Positions 60,968-64,000 of a stretch of 64,000 nucleotides of DNA are shown here, piece after piece (position 1 is the stretch's first letter; the number at the start of each line of letters is the position of its first letter). Source of the DNA: an uncultured Chloroflexia bacterium (lineage in GTDB: Bacteria; Chloroflexota; Limnocylindria; Limnocylindrales; CSP1-4); NCBI GenBank assembly GCA_963763775.1, contig CAVXPZ010000004.1, positions 128,001 to 192,000 of the forward strand. Direction: 5' to 3'. Both the position numbers and the translations under genes were made by a program. Below the pieces are notes generated by a model. The model was not told the DNA's origin. It ran no database searches and saw only the letters and a program-made list of their open reading frames with translations.

Positions 60968-62197
60968 ATGACGTTCGAGCCCGTGGAGGTCCTTGCGATG
61001 CAGCAGCACCAGATCAGCCTGCTCGGCACCGGGCTCATCGGCGACTTCTACACCATGGCCCTCCACGGCCAGCGCAGTCGCGACCGCGTGCGCGTCGTGT
61101 ACTCGCGCAGCGAACCGCGCGGGTCGGCGTTCAAGGAGCGATGGGGCATCGAGACATCGACGACCGACCTCCAGGCCGCCGTCGAGCACCCGGACACCGA
61201 TGTCGTGGTGGTCGCCTTGCCGAACTTCCTCCACGAAGAGGCCGTCGCGGCCGTGGCCAGGGCCGGCAAGGCCGTCCTGTGCACCAAACCCCTTGGCCGG
61301 ACGGCGGACGAGGCGGCCCGGATGCTCAAGGTCGTAGAGGACGCGGGGGTGTTCGGCGGCTACCTCGAGGACCTGTGCTACACGCCCAAGACCCTCAAGG
61401 CGCTCGCGTCCGTGGAATCGGGCGCGATCGGTGACGTCACGTGGGTCCGGTCGCGCGAGGCGCATCCGGGCCCGCACAGCGCGTGGTTCTGGGACGGCCG
61501 GCTGACCGGCGGCGGCGCGATCATCGACCTCGGCTGCCATTGCATCGAGATCATCCGCAACTTCGTCGGCAAGGGGAACCGCCCGGTCGAGGTCCTGTGC
61601 CACACCGATACGCTGGTCCACCCGATCGCCGACGAGGACAACGCGGTCGCGCTCATCCGCTTCGAGTCCGGCGCCATCGGCCAGTTCGAGGTCAGCTGGA
61701 CGTTCCGCGGCGGCATGGACCTGCGTGACGAGGTCGCCGGCACCCACGGCACGATCTGGATGAACCACTTCCTGCGGACCGGGTTCGAGATGTTCACCGC
61801 GGGCGGTGGCGATGGCTACGTCGCCGAGAAGGCCGAGACGTCGGCCGGTTGGCTCTTCCCGGTCGGCGACGAGGTCTCCGAGCTCGGCTACGTCGACATG
61901 TTCAGCGACATGTTCGACGCGATGGAGACTGGCCGGGCGCCCCGTGAGACGTTCTACGACGGCTACATCGTCAACGCGGTCATGGACGCCGCCTACCGCT
62001 CGGCGAAGACCGGGACCTGGGCGCCGGTCACGGCCGAGTGGCGTGGCGGGACGACGCCGCGGATCGCCTCGACACCCGAGACGTACGAGGGCCAGGTGGT
62101 CATCAAGCGCGAGATCCTGCCCGACGGACGGCACAAGCTGATCCTCAAGGACCCGGCCTCGGGCGATTTCAGCGACCGGGTGGTCGCCGGCGGCTGA
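60968..62197 (+). CDS. Gfo/Idh/MocA oxidoreductase
   Basis: 'LGTGLIG', 'LCTKPL', '[11 protein letters not shown]'; start may be ATG 60998. Confidence 0.9.
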   Translation: MTFEPVEVLAMQQHQISLLGTGLIGDFYTMALHGQRSRDRVRVVYSRSEPRGSAFKERWGIETSTTDLQAAVEHPDTDVVVVALPNFLHEEAVAAVARAGKAVLCTKPLGRTADEAARMLKVVEDAGVFGGYLEDLCYTPKTLKALASVESGAIGDVTWVRSREAHPGPHSAWFWDGRLTGGGAIIDLGCHCIEIIRNFVGKGNRPVEVLCHTDTLVHPIADEDNAVALIRFESGAIGQFEVSWTFRGGMDLRDEVAGTHGTIWMNHFLRTGFEMFTAGGGDGYVAEKAETSAGWLFPVGDEVSELGYVDMFSDMFDAMETGRAPRETFYDGYIVNAVMDAAYRSAKTGTWAPVTAEWRGGTTPRIASTPETYEGQVVIKREILPDGRHKLILKDPASGDFSDRVVAGG

Positions 62198-62200
62198 CGC

Positions 62201-63178
62201 TCAGGGCGCGATCCCAAGGCGCTCGAGGAACGCGAACCGCTCGGCCTGCTGATGGAGCTGGCCGGCTTCGTGGCCGTTGAAGGGCCACACGCGGATCTCG
62301 TGCGGACCGGCGTAGTGGTTGTACGCCGCGAACACCGTCGACGGCGGGCAGATCTCGTCCATCAGGCCGACCGAGAACAGGGCCGGGGCGGTGGCCCGCG
62401 GCGCGAAATGCAGGCCGTCGTGGTAGGCCAGCGTGGCGAAGACGCGGTCGGACAGATCGCGTCGCGTCGCCAGGTACCGGGTGACCTCGCGGTACGGGTC
62501 CTGGTCCGTGATGTCCAGCGCTCGGCGCCAATGGCACAGGAACGGCACGTCGATGGCGGCGGCCCGGACCCGGTCGGACAGGCCCGCCACCGCCAGGGCC
62601 AGCCCGCCACCCTGGCTCTGGCCGGTCACGACGAGCCGTCCCGGATCCACGAGCGGGTGGTGGGCGGCCGCCTCGGTGGCGAGGACTGCGTCGGTGATCA
62701 GCCGGCGGTAGTAGTACGTGCGCGGGTCGTCGATGCCCTTCGTGGTGAACCCGGGGTAGTGCCCGAGGCTGGGCACGTCCTCCAGGTCGGGCGTGTCGCC
62801 CGGGCTCCAGGCGCTTCCCTGCCCCCGGGTGTCCATCACGAGATGGGCATAGCCCGCGGAGGCCCACAGCAGCCACTGGAACGGGAATGAGCGGCCGCCG
62901 CCATAGCCGATGTACTCGACGACCGTCGGGAGCGGTCCCGTTGCGCCGGCCGGGGTGAGGAGCCAGGCCTTGATCGGCTGGCCCGCGTACCCGCTGAAGG
63001 TGACGTCCGCCACCTCGACCGTCCGGAGCGGGGTCTCGACGGACTGGAACTCGGGCGGCGTGCCGGCCGAACGCGACGACGCGAGGGTCTCGGCCCAGAA
63101 CGCGTCGAAGTCGGCCGGCTCGGCGACGTCCGGCCGGTACGCCTGCAGCTGGTCGAGCGGGAGGTCGAACGCGCTCAT
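62201..63178 (-). CDS. Acetylxylan esterase / cephalosporin-C deacetylase (CE7)
   Basis: 'EPADFDAFW', 'DTRGQG', 'GQSQGGGL', 'DEICPPST', 'GHE'. Confidence 0.92.
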   Translation of the reverse strand: MSAFDLPLDQLQAYRPDVAEPADFDAFWAETLASSRSAGTPPEFQSVETPLRTVEVADVTFSGYAGQPIKAWLLTPAGATGPLPTVVEYIGYGGGRSFPFQWLLWASAGYAHLVMDTRGQGSAWSPGDTPDLEDVPSLGHYPGFTTKGIDDPRTYYYRRLITDAVLATEAAAHHPLVDPGRLVVTGQSQGGGLALAVAGLSDRVRAAAIDVPFLCHWRRALDITDQDPYREVTRYLATRRDLSDRVFATLAYHDGLHFAPRATAPALFSVGLMDEICPPSTVFAAYNHYAGPHEIRVWPFNGHEAGQLHQQAERFAFLERLGIAP

Positions 63179-63239
63179 GGCGCGAGCATAGCGAGCCGGC
63201 GACCGGCGCTCGCGGCGTCCCGGCCTCGCAGGTCACGGC

Positions 63240-63536
63240 TCAAGCCGACACCGGACGGTTCGGGGTCGTCAGGGTCAAGGCGGACCACGATCGCGCCGGC
63301 AGATCCACGGTCAGGCGTCCGCTGGCCAGCCGGTACCGGACGATCGAGACACCGAGGCGGCGAACGAGGTCGATGACGTCGCGGCGCCATCCGTCAGCGC
63401 CCGCGGTCGGGTGTCCCGGCTCGTAGATCCCGCCGTATACCGCACGGCCCATGTGCTCGATGAAGCCGCCGAACAGGCGCTCGTCGATGTCGCCGACCGT
63501 CGACGTCGGGTCGATGACGACCCGGGCGTCAGCCAA
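63240..63536 (-). pseudogene. GH51 alpha-L-arabinofuranosidase remnant with large in-frame internal deletion
   Basis: GH51 N-terminus 'IDERLFGGFIEHMGRAVYGGIYEPGHP...IVRY' is fused directly to a GH51-like C-terminal strand 'GRLTVDLPARSWSAL'. Confidence 0.8.
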
Positions 63537-64000
63537 GCGTCGTTTCGGTGAGGTACCGGTGGCGCTCGACGAGCTCGACCGTCGGGCCGGTGAGGCACAG
63601 CGTCGCAGTCAACGGCAGGTCCACCGACGACGTCCCCACGTGGATCTCGATGCCGCCCGGCTCGATCACGCGGCGGTGATCGGCGCCGACGTAGGCGAAC
63701 TGCTCGGCCGAGAGCGTGAACGACACCGTCCGGCACTCGCCGGGCCGGAGGGACACGCGTCGGAAACCTCGGAGCTCGAGGACGGGTCGCGCGACGGACG
63801 CCTCGACATCGCGGACGTACAGCTGGACGACCTCGTCGCCGGCTCGCTCGCCGGTGTTCTCGACGTCGACGCGGATCGTGACCTCGCCGTCCGATGTCGC
63901 GATCTCGTCGCGGTCAAGGACGAGCCGATCGACCCGGAACGTCGTGTAGGAGCGGCCCAGCCCGAACGGCCAGAGCGGTGTCACCGGCCCGTCGACATAG
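63529..64000 (-). CDS. GH3 beta-glucosidase/xylosidase, C-terminal Fn3-like part (partial, runs off window)
   Basis: 'PLWPFGLGRSYTTF', 'NTGERAGDEVVQLY', 'RPVLELRGFRRV', 'IEPG...VGTSS'. Confidence 0.9.
   Translation of the reverse strand, partial: YVDGPVTPLWPFGLGRSYTTFRVDRLVLDRDEIATSDGEVTIRVDVENTGERAGDEVVQLYVRDVEASVARPVLELRGFRRVSLRPGECRTVSFTLSAEQFAYVGADHRRVIEPGGIEIHVGTSSVDLPLTATLCLTGPTVELVERHRYLTETTLG

Overview
High-GC bacterial chromosomal window. Gene content and style suggest Chloroflexota or an actinobacterium-like lineage (inference only). At least 20 single-base frameshifts in otherwise intact genes point to long-read consensus errors. From left to right it holds: a PadR/membrane-protein unit; an orphan repeat-rich 76-aa peptide gene; a purine catabolism cluster (malate synthase, uricase, OHCU decarboxylase, three-subunit xanthine dehydrogenase, and further upstream guanine deaminase plus an amidohydrolase), interrupted by a degenerate GGDEF gene, an XRE-HTH/PD-(D/E)XK nuclease gene and a TetR/MFS pair; a SorC-regulator/FGGY kinase/NMT1-type ABC/FAD oxidoreductase operon; a DUF4331 + TPR pair; glcD-like, M1 peptidase, bioY, FtsX-type ABC, CAP protein, pgm, DsbB/thioredoxin and tRNA-His genes; a complete L-rhamnose uptake/catabolism locus coupled to lutABC; and the end of a glycoside hydrolase cluster with an internally deleted GH51 gene. 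The most striking unexplained structure is at 10337-11722. There the XRE-nuclease gene is bracketed by two 117-bp degenerate inverted arms, each carrying two GTAC motifs exactly 104 bp apart and a central hairpin, with GC-rich minisatellites outside each arm. It is a candidate transposase-less mobile or selfish element.
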